NCBI GenBank assembly: GCA_903916255.1
Contig: CAIWVW010000004.1
Coordinates: 3,895 to 67,894, forward strand
Source of the DNA: an uncultured Bacteroidota bacterium
GTDB lineage: Bacteria; Bacteroidota; Bacteroidia; JABEUT01
Length of the DNA stretch: 64,000 nt
Reading direction: 5' to 3'
The stretch's first letter is position 1. Each line of letters starts with the position of its first letter. This document shows, piece after piece, positions 31,992-42,270 of this stretch. A program made the translations under genes and the position numbers. The notes below the pieces were generated by a model that worked only from the letters and a program-made list of their open reading frames with translations, searched no databases and was not told the DNA's origin.

Positions 31992-33347
31992 TCACCTCGT
32001 TAAAAAATTCCTATACCAATAACCCGAATCTTTAATTATTCTTTTTTGGGTTTCAAAATCTACATACACCAGCCCGAAACGGGGATAGTATCCTTCGGCC
32101 CATTCGAAATTATCGGTAAGCGCCCAAACAAAATAGCCATCCGCCTTGTAGCCATCCGCTTTGGCTCGGTACACCTGCGAAATATAATCGGAAAGGAATT
32201 TAATCCGTTCATGGTCGTCCACTTTTTTATGTGTAATTTTATCATTAAAAGCTGCTCCATTTTCGGTGATGATTATTTTTTTTACGCCGGGATAAGAACT
32301 GTATTTTTTCAGCATTTGATAAATCGCTTCCGGATAAACTTCCCAATCCATAGCCGTGTGATACACCTTGCGCCTATTGGCAGGAACCACCCTTGCTTTT
32401 ATATGCGGCATAAAAAAAGCATGTTGCACAACTTCCCTCGTATAGCACTGAATACCTATAAAATCGAATTCGGCTTTCATCAACTTATCATCTCCCGGAT
32501 GAATATATTTTTCTATTTTTTTCAGAATAGGAATATCTTTAATTGGATACCCCATACCCAAACACGGTTCGATGAAAAGCCTGTTAAGTATAGTATCTAC
32601 GCGGTTTGCAGCCGCATGGTCTTTAATGGAATTGGAGTGCGGTGTAATATGCGAGCAGGAAAATGTGGTGCCTACATGGGCATGTTTGACTTCTCGTCTC
32701 ACAGTTTTTGCACCGATGGCCTGGCATAAAACAGCGTGATGAACAGCAGGCAAAAAATTCTTCAGGCCTCTTTCGCCGGGTGCATGAACGCCCAAAAAAT
32801 AACCCGCTCCGGTGAATACTCCGGGTTCATTTAAAATCATCCAGTTTTTTATGGAGTCTTTAAAAGCATGCGAACAAACGGAAACATATTCCTCGAACCA
32901 CTTAAGTATATCCCTGTTTTTCCAGCCACCTTTTAGTTGCAGGGCGTGTGGAAGGTCCCAGTGGTAAAGGGTAATCCAGGGTTCAATACCATTTTTCCGG
33001 CATTCATCGAAAAGCCTGTGATAATAATCGAGCCCTTTTTTATTTATTTTCCCGGTACCGTCGGGCAATATCCGTGGCCATGATAAGGAATACCTGAAAT
33101 TGGGAATGCCGAGTGATTTGATAATGGAAACATCTTCGGGATAGCGGTGGTAAAAATCGCAGGCAATTTCCGGTGTGTGCTTATTTAAAATTTTTCTTTT
33201 CTTGGTTGCAAAATGGTCCCATACGGACATGCCTTTTCCATCCTCATTTCCGCCTTCTGTTTGAGCCGCCGAAGAAGAGACGCCCCAAACAAATTCCTCT
33301 CCGAAATAGGCTCTTTTTAAATCGGGCCGCTCTTTTTTAATTGTCAT
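31992..33347 (-). CDS. GH1 beta-glucosidase
   Basis: FVWGVSSSAAQTEG, TLYHWDLP, LNEP (acid/base), ITENG (nucleophile), DNFEWAEG. Confidence 0.96.
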   Translation of the reverse strand: MTIKKERPDLKRAYFGEEFVWGVSSSAAQTEGGNEDGKGMSVWDHFATKKRKILNKHTPEIACDFYHRYPEDVSIIKSLGIPNFRYSLSWPRILPDGTGKINKKGLDYYHRLFDECRKNGIEPWITLYHWDLPHALQLKGGWKNRDILKWFEEYVSVCSHAFKDSIKNWMILNEPGVFTGAGYFLGVHAPGERGLKNFLPAVHHAVLCQAIGAKTVRREVKHAHVGTTFSCSHITPHSNSIKDHAAANRVDTILNRLFIEPCLGMGYPIKDIPILKKIEKYIHPGDDKLMKAEFDFIGIQCYTREVVQHAFFMPHIKARVVPANRRKVYHTAMDWEVYPEAIYQMLKKYSSYPGVKKIIITENGAAFNDKITHKKVDDHERIKFLSDYISQVYRAKADGYKADGYFVWALTDNFEWAEGYYPRFGLVYVDFETQKRIIKDSGYWYRNFLTR

Positions 33348-33364
33348 ATAAGCAGCCGGGGCTT

Positions 33365-34411
33365 TTACTGAAAAATAGTGTATGGTGCATTTTCAGCTAT
33401 GGTGTTTTCAAGGCTTTTGCCGGCATGGTTTTCTATTATGGTTTCAAGAATATCATCGGTAATGTTGGGGTAGTTTACGCGCACAATAGACTTGTCATTT
33501 ATCCATTCTTTAAACTTTTCCCTGTTTTTCTTTTTCAGTTTTTTAATAACCGGAACGCCCATGCTTTTAAGCATGGCGGCATTGCAATGCTGCTCATACT
33601 GGCTTTTCATGGGCACTACAAGCAACTTCTTTTTTAAAAACAGCGCTTCGCTGGTGGTGCCAAAACCCGCGTTGGTTAAAATCCCGGATGATTCGGCCAT
33701 ACATTCCATAAAAAATTGCGGGTCGAGGGGCTTCACATAAATGTTTTTCTCCCGGTATTTTTTCTTGCTTTTTTTTGAAAATACCACCCAGTCAATATCT
33801 TTATAATGTTTCAGGAATTTAATTATCCGCTCATCGCTGTAAGAAGGGAGATAGACGGTATAATAGCCTTTATTTTTCACCTCCATATCGCGCAACTGCT
33901 TTCGTATAATGGGTGTATATACATATTGGTCGAGCGATTTGAAATGCAAGCCGTAATTGTATGTGGTGGGCGCATAATGCTGAAGCAGCATCTTGCCGAA
34001 AATATCTGTTTTTTTGGGTTTGGGAGCTAAAGGGTGCAATGTTGCGGCCTGGTTGCTGAGCCCGATGCAGGGTTTCTTTGCCATTTGCGCCGCCCATGCG
34101 GACACTGGTTCGAAATCGCTGATGATTAAATCATATTTATCTGCCGGCAAACTTTTTATTTCATTCATAAGCCGCAGGGAATGCATTTTGCGGTAGGTGT
34201 TCCAGAAATCGACGCCGCCTCTTTTGCCAAATACAAAACTCAATCCGTTAAATTTATATTTAACGTCGAAAGGGAGTTTCAACTCGTTTTCTGTTCCGCT
34301 GACGAGCACATCGAGCGCAATTTTTTTTCTTTTTTTCAGCAAGGGAACTATTTCCATCGCTCTTGTAAGATGGCCGTTTCCTGTTCCCTGTATGGCATAT
34401 AGCACTTTCAT
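33365..34411 (-). CDS. GT-B glycosyltransferase (MJ1255/GT28-like)
   Basis: YAIQGTGNGHLTRA, ISDFEP, NAGF, QYEQHCNA. Confidence 0.88.
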   Translation of the reverse strand: MKVLYAIQGTGNGHLTRAMEIVPLLKKRKKIALDVLVSGTENELKLPFDVKYKFNGLSFVFGKRGGVDFWNTYRKMHSLRLMNEIKSLPADKYDLIISDFEPVSAWAAQMAKKPCIGLSNQAATLHPLAPKPKKTDIFGKMLLQHYAPTTYNYGLHFKSLDQYVYTPIIRKQLRDMEVKNKGYYTVYLPSYSDERIIKFLKHYKDIDWVVFSKKSKKKYREKNIYVKPLDPQFFMECMAESSGILTNAGFGTTSEALFLKKKLLVVPMKSQYEQHCNAAMLKSMGVPVIKKLKKKNREKFKEWINDKSIVRVNYPNITDDILETIIENHAGKSLENTIAENAPYTIFQ

Positions 34412-34463
34412 ATAGGTGGGTTAAAGGCTGTTGAGTTATCCGGTTCTGCCTGCGAAATAAATA

Positions 34464-35339
34464 TCATGCGGGTAAATTCATAAACTCTGTTACCATGCGG
34501 CTAAATAGTTCACTGTTTTTCATATCTACTATATTACTTTCAGGGTCATGCTCATCATTTGCAAATAATGCCTCTTCATAATGGTAGAGTTTCCATTCGC
34601 CTTTGCGATATTCGAGTGAGGTAAGGTTTTCAATCCAGTCGCCCGAATTAAGGTATTGAACCTGCCCCTTGTCGGTGGTAATTGTTTTCATTTCCGGCTG
34701 GTGGATGTGTCCGCACAATACATAATCATATCCATTGGCTATGGCAATATTTGCGGCTGTTTTTTCAAAATCATTAATAAATTTTACGGCCTGCTTTACA
34801 CTGTTTTTTATTTTTTTAGAGAAAGAAATTTTCCCTCTTCCCATTTTCTGCGACACCCAATTGCAAAAGGTGTTCAGGTGAATAAGCAAATCATACCCTG
34901 TAGAGCCAAGCTTAGCCAGCCATTTGGAATGCTGCATGGTTACATCGAATACGTCTCCGTGAAAAATCCAAACAATTTTTCCTTCTAAAACCAACAGCAG
35001 TTTATTTGTAATGGAGAGCGAACCCATTTTGAAGCCGGTGAATTTTCGCAGTAATTCATCATGGTTCCCGGTTATATAATAAATCTTCACGCCTTTGCTC
35101 ATCCATTTGGTAAGTTTATGAATTACCTGCATGTGCGATTTTGGCCAGTAGCGCTTGTTGAATTGCCACATATCTATAATGTCTCCATTTAAAACAACAG
35201 TGCCCGGTTTTATACTGTTCAGGTATTTTACCAATTCCTTGGCGCGGCAGCCATAGGTGCCCAAATGGACATCCGAAAGAACCAGAACATCCACTTTACG
35301 TTTTTTCTTTTTTTGCTTTTCTGTTGCGGTATTTTCCAT
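34464..35339 (-). CDS. Metallophosphoesterase of the LpxH2/PlcP family (usually annotated UDP-2,3-diacylglucosamine diphosphatase)
   Basis: SDVHLG, GDIIDMW, GNHDE, HGDVFD, CGHIH, NSGDWIE. Confidence 0.9.
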   Translation of the reverse strand: MENTATEKQKKKKRKVDVLVLSDVHLGTYGCRAKELVKYLNSIKPGTVVLNGDIIDMWQFNKRYWPKSHMQVIHKLTKWMSKGVKIYYITGNHDELLRKFTGFKMGSLSITNKLLLVLEGKIVWIFHGDVFDVTMQHSKWLAKLGSTGYDLLIHLNTFCNWVSQKMGRGKISFSKKIKNSVKQAVKFINDFEKTAANIAIANGYDYVLCGHIHQPEMKTITTDKGQVQYLNSGDWIENLTSLEYRKGEWKLYHYEEALFANDEHDPESNIVDMKNSELFSRMVTEFMNLPA

Positions 35340-35393
35340 GTGATGGAGATAAATCCCTATACATTAGTATATTTCCAAGGTTGCTTTTACATT

Positions 35394-35418
35394 ACAAAGT
35401 ACGGTTACCAATGTTACC
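35394..35418 (-). promoter_or_regulatory. Tandem GGTAAC repeats abutting a -7-like box
   Basis: Minus strand GGTAACATTGGTAACCGTACTTTG, about 55 bp upstream of the metallophosphoesterase start. Confidence 0.45.
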
Positions 35419-35651
35419 TGAAAGCTAAGAAATCACAGTTTATTAATTTTCCATTCACATACTGTTGTTAATAATAAGAACCGGTATGATAAATGATGTA
35501 TTTTATTCAGTCGGAAAAAGCTGTTCTTTAAAATCCTTATTATCAAAGCCAAAAGCAATTCGCATTCCGGCGAAGATGCCGCTGTGGGTTGGAAATGCTT
35601 GGACGGCAAACGATTTTTGGGCAGTACTAAAAATATAATGCGCATGAAACA

Positions 35652-35686
35652 TGTGAATTATGTAAAGTTTCCTGATAAATATGTAA
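35652..35686 (+). promoter_or_regulatory. Tandem 21-bp-period operator upstream of the tal-pgi operon
   Basis: TGTGAATTATGTAA-agtttcc-TGATAAATATGTAA; the same architecture recurs at 57481-57515 (minus). Confidence 0.75.
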
Positions 35687-35735
35687 GCATTAAAAGTAGT
35701 AATACCGCCATTTTTGTATTATATAAAACAACAGT

Positions 35736-38612
35736 ATGGGCACATTGATAGACTTGTTAAAATACGGGCAGAGTTATTGGTTGGATAATCTTACGCGGAA
35801 AAAGATAACAAGCGGGGAACTAACAAAAAGATTGTCTGAACAAGGCTTGCGTGGCATTACATCAAATCCCAGTATTTTCGACAAAGCTATTTCTGCCGGT
35901 ACCGATTATGATGAACAGATTGCAGCGCTGGTAAAAGCAGGAAAAACACCCTTCCAGATTTATGATGCATTGACTGTGAAAGATGTTCAGGACGCCTGTG
36001 ATATATTGAAACCTGTGTTTGCCGACTCTGATGGCAAGGATGGTTTTGTGAGTTTGGAAGTATCGCCTTATTTAGCGCGAGATACAAAAGGCACAATAAA
36101 AGAAGCGCATAGATTATCGGTTGCCGTCGGGCGGCCGAATTGCCTGATAAAAATACCTGGAACACAGGAAGGCATTCCGGCTATTGAACAAATGCTTTAT
36201 GAAGGGATAAATATAAATGTTACACTGCTCTTTTCCGTTGAAAGATATGTTGAAATTGCGCAAGCTTACATTCGCGCTATCGAGCGCAGAATTGCCGTAG
36301 GCAAACCTGTGAACCATATAATTTCGGTTGCAAGTATTTTTATCAGCAGGATTGATGTCCTTACAGATGAATTACTTGGGCAGCGAATTATTCCCTTGCA
36401 CGAAGATAGTGTGATTACCCATCCGGAATTCTTATCGGGTAAAGCGGGAGTTGCAACAGCCTGCTTGGCATATCAGCGGTTTAAAAAAATATTCAGCGGG
36501 GATGTTTGGGAAAAATTGGAGGCTAAAGGTGCTAATGTACAAAGGCCCTTGTGGGCAAGCACCAGCAACAAAGACCCATTGTATGATGACCTTCGTTATG
36601 TGGAACCGTTAATTGGTAAAAACACCATTAACACGCTGCCGGACGAGACTATTGCCGCTTTTGCCAAACATGGGATTTTAAGAGAAAATGCTATTGAAGA
36701 AAGGGTTGAAGAAGCAAACAAATTCTTCATGGAATTGGAAAAGCGCGGAATTGGAATTGATTTTATCACACAGCAATTAGAGAATGAAGGCATTCAAAAA
36801 TTTACCGATGCATATAATACGCTGATAAGTAATCTGGCAAATAAAAGATTGAAAATACTGGCAGATGAAGTTTCGGCGCAACAAATTAGTTTCGGAAAAC
36901 TTGAAAAGGAAGTAAATACATCCTATGCATCGCTGGCGGAGAAACAAATACCCAGGCTCCTTTTTGCTGAAGATGCGAATCTTTGGAAAAAAGACATTCC
37001 GCAAACAAAAGAAATTAGCCACCGCTTAGGTTGGTTGACATTGCCCGATAATTTTACTGAAAATACAGATGAACTCGTGACTTTTGCCATAAAGATTAAA
37101 GAGGAAGGCTATATATATGCTGTTTTGCTGGGTATGGGCGGAAGCAGCTTATGTTCCGAAGTGGCCCGCGAAACATTTGGCACTGCCGACGGGTTTCTTA
37201 AATTATTCGTGTTAGATAATACGTCTCCGGAAGCAATACTGGAACTCGAGAATAAAATTGATATTGAGAAAACGCTCTTTATTGTTGCAAGCAAATCGGG
37301 CAACACAGAAGAAACATTGAGTTTCTTTCACTATTTCTACAATGAATTAGAAAATAAAGGGGAGGAAAAACCCGGGAATAATTTTGTAGCAATTACCGAC
37401 GACGGTACTCCATTAGTAAAAATTGCTGAACAATATAAGTTCAGGAAAGTATTCGTTAACAACCCTGACCTTGGGGGGCGTTATTCTGTGTTATCCGATT
37501 TTGGTTTACTTCCAATGGCCTTGATGGGAGTAGATATTAAGGCGTTGTTATCAAGTGCCAAAAAAATGGAAAACAGTTGCGACAGTGTTCCGACGGAAGC
37601 TAATCCCGGAATAAGTTTAGGAGTGGTATTAGGTATTTGCCAAAAATATGGTCGTGATAAGGTAACATTCGTTTTATCTTCTTCAATAAGTTCCTTTGGT
37701 TATTGGGTGGAGCAACTGCTGGCGGAAAGTACCGGCAAAGAAGGAAAGGGATTGATTCCTGTAAATGGTGAACAATTGGGTGCTCCTGAAGTCTATGGAA
37801 ACGACCGAATATTTATCCACATGTATCTCCCGACGGATAATAATGAAGAAGACGAAAATAAAATTAAAGCGCTTGAGGAAGCGGGGCATCCCATAGTACG
37901 GATTCAAGTGGCAAATAAAATTGCATTAGGTGCAGAATATTATCGTTGGGAAATTGCCGCAGCCATTGCAGGGATAGTAATAGGCATCAATGCTTTCGAC
38001 CAGCCCAATGTAGAGGAAAGTAAAAAGAACACAAGCCATCTGCTTGAAGGATGGGCAAAAGAAGGCGCATTTAAGAAATCGGACCCGCTCTTAAAAGTGG
38101 AAGATATCTCTATTTATGGCGGAAAAAGGGCAGAACAGATTGGTCCCAAATACCATGAAACAATAGGAGAATTTGTCAACAGTTTTACTGCACAGGCAAA
38201 GCCGGGCGACTATATCGCTTTACTTCCCTATTTTCTGATGACTGAATACCGCACTGTACTCCTGCAAAAATGGAGACAGGAAATGAGGGACGAATTAAAA
38301 GAAGCGACAACATTATTAAATGGCCCGCGCTATCTGCACTCCACAGGCCAATTACACAAAGGCGGCCCGGATACCGGATTGTATATTATACTAATCGGGG
38401 AGGACGAAGAAGATTTAGTAATCCCCAATGAAAAATTCGGATTTGCAACTTTGCATCAGGCGCAAGCGCTTGGCGACTTCCGTTCATTGGATGATAAGGG
38501 GCGAAGGGTAATTCGCATTCATTTAGGTAAAGATATTGATGCAGGGCTTAACAAAATGCATTTATCAATAAGGGCTGCAAATAAGCAACCTGTGTTACAA
38601 GAAGTGGTATGA
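35736..38612 (+). CDS. tal-pgi: Bifunctional transaldolase / glucose-6-phosphate isomerase
   Basis: GQSYWLD, GITSNPSIF, IKIPGT, QRPLWASTS; then LGMGGSSL, SKSG, GGRYSVLS, FDQPNVE, HSTGQLHKGG. Confidence 0.95.
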   Translation: MGTLIDLLKYGQSYWLDNLTRKKITSGELTKRLSEQGLRGITSNPSIFDKAISAGTDYDEQIAALVKAGKTPFQIYDALTVKDVQDACDILKPVFADSDGKDGFVSLEVSPYLARDTKGTIKEAHRLSVAVGRPNCLIKIPGTQEGIPAIEQMLYEGININVTLLFSVERYVEIAQAYIRAIERRIAVGKPVNHIISVASIFISRIDVLTDELLGQRIIPLHEDSVITHPEFLSGKAGVATACLAYQRFKKIFSGDVWEKLEAKGANVQRPLWASTSNKDPLYDDLRYVEPLIGKNTINTLPDETIAAFAKHGILRENAIEERVEEANKFFMELEKRGIGIDFITQQLENEGIQKFTDAYNTLISNLANKRLKILADEVSAQQISFGKLEKEVNTSYASLAEKQIPRLLFAEDANLWKKDIPQTKEISHRLGWLTLPDNFTENTDELVTFAIKIKEEGYIYAVLLGMGGSSLCSEVARETFGTADGFLKLFVLDNTSPEAILELENKIDIEKTLFIVASKSGNTEETLSFFHYFYNELENKGEEKPGNNFVAITDDGTPLVKIAEQYKFRKVFVNNPDLGGRYSVLSDFGLLPMALMGVDIKALLSSAKKMENSCDSVPTEANPGISLGVVLGICQKYGRDKVTFVLSSSISSFGYWVEQLLAESTGKEGKGLIPVNGEQLGAPEVYGNDRIFIHMYLPTDNNEEDENKIKALEEAGHPIVRIQVANKIALGAEYYRWEIAAAIAGIVIGINAFDQPNVEESKKNTSHLLEGWAKEGAFKKSDPLLKVEDISIYGGKRAEQIGPKYHETIGEFVNSFTAQAKPGDYIALLPYFLMTEYRTVLLQKWRQEMRDELKEATTLLNGPRYLHSTGQLHKGGPDTGLYIILIGEDEEDLVIPNEKFGFATLHQAQALGDFRSLDDKGRRVIRIHLGKDIDAGLNKMHLSIRAANKQPVLQEVV

Positions 38613-39232
38613 AGCAGAAAAAAATCACGACTTTATTTTTGGATATAGGAGGCGTTTTGCTCACCAATGGCTGGGGGCAAATGGCACGCACTAAGACTGT
38701 GGCCCATTTTAAACTTGACAAGGATGAGGTAAATGAGCGGCATCACTTAACGTTCGATACGTATGAAGAAGGGAAATTAACACTCACCGAGTATTTGAAA
38801 AGGGTAATCTTTTATGAGAAAAGAAAGTTCTCGGAAAATGATTTTACAAAGTTCATGTTCAATCAATCTATTGCCTATCCTGATACAATTGCATATTTTA
38901 AAGAAATTAAAAAGCGGTATACCCTCAAAGTAATTGCTGTGAGTAATGAAGGAAGGGAATTAAATGCTTACCGCGTTAAAAAATTTAAACTGAATGAGTT
39001 ATTCGATGCTTTTATATCTTCTTCTTATGTTCACCTCCGCAAGCCGGATATGGACATATTCCGTATGGCAAGCGATATTTCACAAACCCTACCGGAGAAT
39101 GCCCTTTTTATTGATGACAGGCTGATGTTTGTTCAAGTAGCGCAAACCATGGGCATTAACGGAATACATTATGAGGGGCTGGAAAAACTAAAAACAGAAT
39201 TGAAAGCATTTGTGCTTACAAGCGCAAAATAA
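38609..39232 (+). CDS. HAD-family phosphatase (YihX-like)
   Basis: LFLDIGGVL, VSN, RKP, FIDD; ATGA overlap with tal-pgi. Confidence 0.88.
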   Translation: MKQKKITTLFLDIGGVLLTNGWGQMARTKTVAHFKLDKDEVNERHHLTFDTYEEGKLTLTEYLKRVIFYEKRKFSENDFTKFMFNQSIAYPDTIAYFKEIKKRYTLKVIAVSNEGRELNAYRVKKFKLNELFDAFISSSYVHLRKPDMDIFRMASDISQTLPENALFIDDRLMFVQVAQTMGINGIHYEGLEKLKTELKAFVLTSAK

Positions 39233-39250
39233 TTTAAGCATATAAATAAT

Positions 39251-40690
39251 ATGACAGAAGCTAAATATGATTACGGGATGATAGGGTTGGGCACAATGGG
39301 GCGCAACCTTGTTTTGAATATAACCGACCATGGGTATAGTGTGGCGGGGTTTGATAAGGACTCTTCGCAAGTGGAACTTTTAAAAAAGGATAGCGGCGAC
39401 AGGAGTATATATGCTTCTTCTGTATTAGAAGAATTTGTAGGTGCATTGAAGGCGCCGAGGGTAGTTATGTTACTTGTTCCTGCCGGGAAAATTGTAGATG
39501 AAGTGATTCAGGAATTGAAACCATTGTTATCCGGCGATGATTTACTGATGGATTGTGGCAATTCTCATTTTACGGACACGAATACCCGGATGGAGGAACT
39601 GGCGAAGTCAGGTATTCACTTTATGGGAGTCGGCATTTCCGGAGGCGAATCTGGTGCGCGGTATGGGCCGAGTATTATGCCCGGCGGGCCAAAAGATATT
39701 TACAAACATGTTGCCCCCATGCTGGAAGCTATTTCCGCAAAATTTGCAGGGGCACAAGATATTGTGCCCGAACCTTGTGTAACATGGCTTGGGCCGGGTT
39801 CCGCAGGGCATTATGTAAAAATGGTGCATAATGGTATTGAATATGGAATCATGCAACTTATTTCGGAAGTATACCATTTATTGAAAGTGGCCGGAAAAAT
39901 GAATAATGATGAGTTACACGAAGTTTTTTCAGAATGGAATAAGGGGATGCTTCTTTCATTTTTAATAGAAATTACGGCTGATATTTTTGCTCAAAAGGAT
40001 GCACTGACAGACAATAGCCTTGTTGATATGATTCTGGATAGTGCACATCAAAAAGGTACAGGAGGATGGACTTCCGAAGATGCTATGAAATTACAAGTAC
40101 CTCTTCCGGTTATAGATATTGCTGTTTCCATGCGCGATTTATCGGCCTATAAAAAAGAGCGTGAAGCCGCCGCACAAAAATTGGAAGGTCCCGGATATAG
40201 GTTTGAAGGTGATAAAAATGCATTAGTAACCTGGCTTGAACAAGCGCTTTATTTTTCAATGATTACAACCTATGCGCAGGGTATGTCTTTATTACATTTT
40301 GCATCCAAAGAATATAAATACGAATTAAAATTAGAGGACATTGCGAGCATTTGGAGAGGCGGATGCATCATACGTTCCTCCATATTGGATGATATAAAAT
40401 CTGCTTTCTCCCGCCAACCTGATTCAGCAACTATGTTGATGGATGAAAAGCTTTCGTTGAAATTAATGCAAGCGCAAATCGCAACCCGTAAAATAATCCA
40501 AATTGCTGTGGATACAGGAATCCCGGCTTCTGCAATGATGGGTTCACTGGCTTATTATGACAGTTATCGCAGCGCATGGCTGCCAGCAAATCTGATACAG
40601 GCGCAGCGCGATTATTTCGGTGCGCATACATATGAACGTAATGACCGGGAAGGAACTTTCCATACGAAGTGGAACCAAGAAAATAAATAA
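39251..40690 (+). CDS. gnd: NADP-dependent 6-phosphogluconate dehydrogenase
   Basis: [45 protein letters not shown]. Confidence 0.98.
   Translation: MTEAKYDYGMIGLGTMGRNLVLNITDHGYSVAGFDKDSSQVELLKKDSGDRSIYASSVLEEFVGALKAPRVVMLLVPAGKIVDEVIQELKPLLSGDDLLMDCGNSHFTDTNTRMEELAKSGIHFMGVGISGGESGARYGPSIMPGGPKDIYKHVAPMLEAISAKFAGAQDIVPEPCVTWLGPGSAGHYVKMVHNGIEYGIMQLISEVYHLLKVAGKMNNDELHEVFSEWNKGMLLSFLIEITADIFAQKDALTDNSLVDMILDSAHQKGTGGWTSEDAMKLQVPLPVIDIAVSMRDLSAYKKEREAAAQKLEGPGYRFEGDKNALVTWLEQALYFSMITTYAQGMSLLHFASKEYKYELKLEDIASIWRGGCIIRSSILDDIKSAFSRQPDSATMLMDEKLSLKLMQAQIATRKIIQIAVDTGIPASAMMGSLAYYDSYRSAWLPANLIQAQRDYFGAHTYERNDREGTFHTKWNQENK
39746..39773. repeat. Degenerate GTAG-type REP-like palindrome in frame inside gnd
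   Basis: GCAG-GGGCACAA-GATA-TTGTGCCC-GAAC; encodes AGAQDIVPE. Confidence 0.6.
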
Positions 40691-40691
40691 T

Positions 40692-42203
40692 ATGAACACA
40701 CAGGCAAATACAGGTCCCACAATTATAATTATCCTCGGAGCAACGGGAGATTTGGCCTGGCGGAAATTGATTCCCGCTTTTTACAACCTCTATTTGGATA
40801 AATGGATACCCGACGAGTTTGCCGTTATCGGCATTGGTCGCGGGAAAATGTCAGATAAGGAATTTCAAAACCATTTACATGAAGGGGTAGATAAAAACTC
40901 GCGGAGAGGTAAATCGAAAAAGAATGAATGGGATAATTTCGCAAAATACCTCACCTACCATAAAGGCGAATTTAACGCGGATTCCACCTATTCGGAGGTA
41001 GAAAAGCAAATAAAAATTCTTGAAAAAAAATGGAAAGTTGTTGCAACCAAAATATTTTACCTGGCTGTTCCGCCTAATTCATTTGAAGAAATCGCATTAA
41101 AATTAGGTGCTTCCGGGCTTGCTAAAAATAAACTGAAAAGCCGTATTGTAATTGAAAAGCCGTTCGGGCATGACCTCGATAGCGCAAAGCATCTGAATGA
41201 TTTGTTACACGGAATTTTTGAAGAATGCCAGATTTACCGTATCGACCATTATCTCGGAAAAGAGACCGTACAAAATATACTTGCCTTTCGCTTTGCCAAT
41301 GCCCTGTTTGAGCCCACATGGAACCGGAATTATATTGACAGTGTTCAGATAACGGTATCCGAACAATTAGGCGTAGAAAACAGGGGCAATTATTATGAAA
41401 CTGCCGGCGCGCTTCGCGATATGATACAAAACCATCTGCTGCAATTATTTTGCCTCATTGCTATGGAGCCGCCTGTTTCTTTTGAAGCCGATGAAGTGCG
41501 AAACCGGAAGGTGGATGTGTTAAACGCCATCCGTAAAATCCGCCCGGAAGAAGTCCATCAAAATGCTGTGCGCGGCCAGTATGGCGCAGGCTGGATACAA
41601 GGTAAAAAAGTAAAAGGATACCGGCAAGAGCCCGATGTAAGTAAAACCTCGACGAAAGAAACATTTGCTGCCGTAAAACTTTTTATAGATAACTGGAGAT
41701 GGCAGGGAGTGCCCTTTTACTTGCGCACAGGCAAGCGGATGAATGAAACAATTTCCGTTATTACCATACAATTCAGGCCGGTGCCCCATCAATCATTTCC
41801 GGCAGAAGCTACAGGCAACTGGCAACCGAACAGGCTTGTATTGAATCTGCAACCGCACATGGGTATTCGTATGCGCTTCCAGGCAAAACGTCCCGGACTT
41901 AAAATGATTCTCTATCCTGTCGATATGCAATTCAACTATAACGAATCCTACCATTCGGGAACTCCCGAAGCGTATGAAACTTTGCTGTTGGATATTATGG
42001 AAGGTGACTCCACGCTCTTTATGCGTGCCGACCAGGTGGAAGCCGCATGGAAAGCGCTTATGCCAATTATCGACTCATGGGAAACAAACCCTTCCGTCAA
42101 CTTTCCCAACTATGAAGCTGGCATGCAAGGGCCGGAAGATTCGGAAGCGTTGATTGCAAAAGACGGACATAGTTGGGTTATAATGCCAACGGAAAAGAGT
42201 TGA
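40692..42203 (+). CDS. zwf: Glucose-6-phosphate 1-dehydrogenase
   Basis: [31 protein letters not shown]; start ATG 40692 right after the gnd stop. Confidence 0.98.
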   Translation: MNTQANTGPTIIIILGATGDLAWRKLIPAFYNLYLDKWIPDEFAVIGIGRGKMSDKEFQNHLHEGVDKNSRRGKSKKNEWDNFAKYLTYHKGEFNADSTYSEVEKQIKILEKKWKVVATKIFYLAVPPNSFEEIALKLGASGLAKNKLKSRIVIEKPFGHDLDSAKHLNDLLHGIFEECQIYRIDHYLGKETVQNILAFRFANALFEPTWNRNYIDSVQITVSEQLGVENRGNYYETAGALRDMIQNHLLQLFCLIAMEPPVSFEADEVRNRKVDVLNAIRKIRPEEVHQNAVRGQYGAGWIQGKKVKGYRQEPDVSKTSTKETFAAVKLFIDNWRWQGVPFYLRTGKRMNETISVITIQFRPVPHQSFPAEATGNWQPNRLVLNLQPHMGIRMRFQAKRPGLKMILYPVDMQFNYNESYHSGTPEAYETLLLDIMEGDSTLFMRADQVEAAWKALMPIIDSWETNPSVNFPNYEAGMQGPEDSEALIAKDGHSWVIMPTEKS

Positions 42204-42270
42204 AAGTGAAAAGTTAAAAGGAGAAATTTTAAACTTTATGAACTTTATAACTTTAGAAACTTTATGAACT
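42201..42270. repeat. Short tandem repeats between zwf and pgl
   Basis: TGAAAG TGAAAAG TTAAAAG, then AAACTTTAT GAACTTTAT AACTTTAG AAACTTTAT overlapping the pgl ATG. Confidence 0.6.

Noticed and set aside
35433-35645. 70-aa minus-strand ORF in the plcP/tal-pgi spacer
   Set aside because: No motif or clear promoter; likely non-coding.
40620-40691. N-terminal extension of zwf, and likewise of pgm (54840-54950)
   Set aside because: They overlap gnd and rpiB respectively; the downstream ATGs give canonical lengths and translational coupling.
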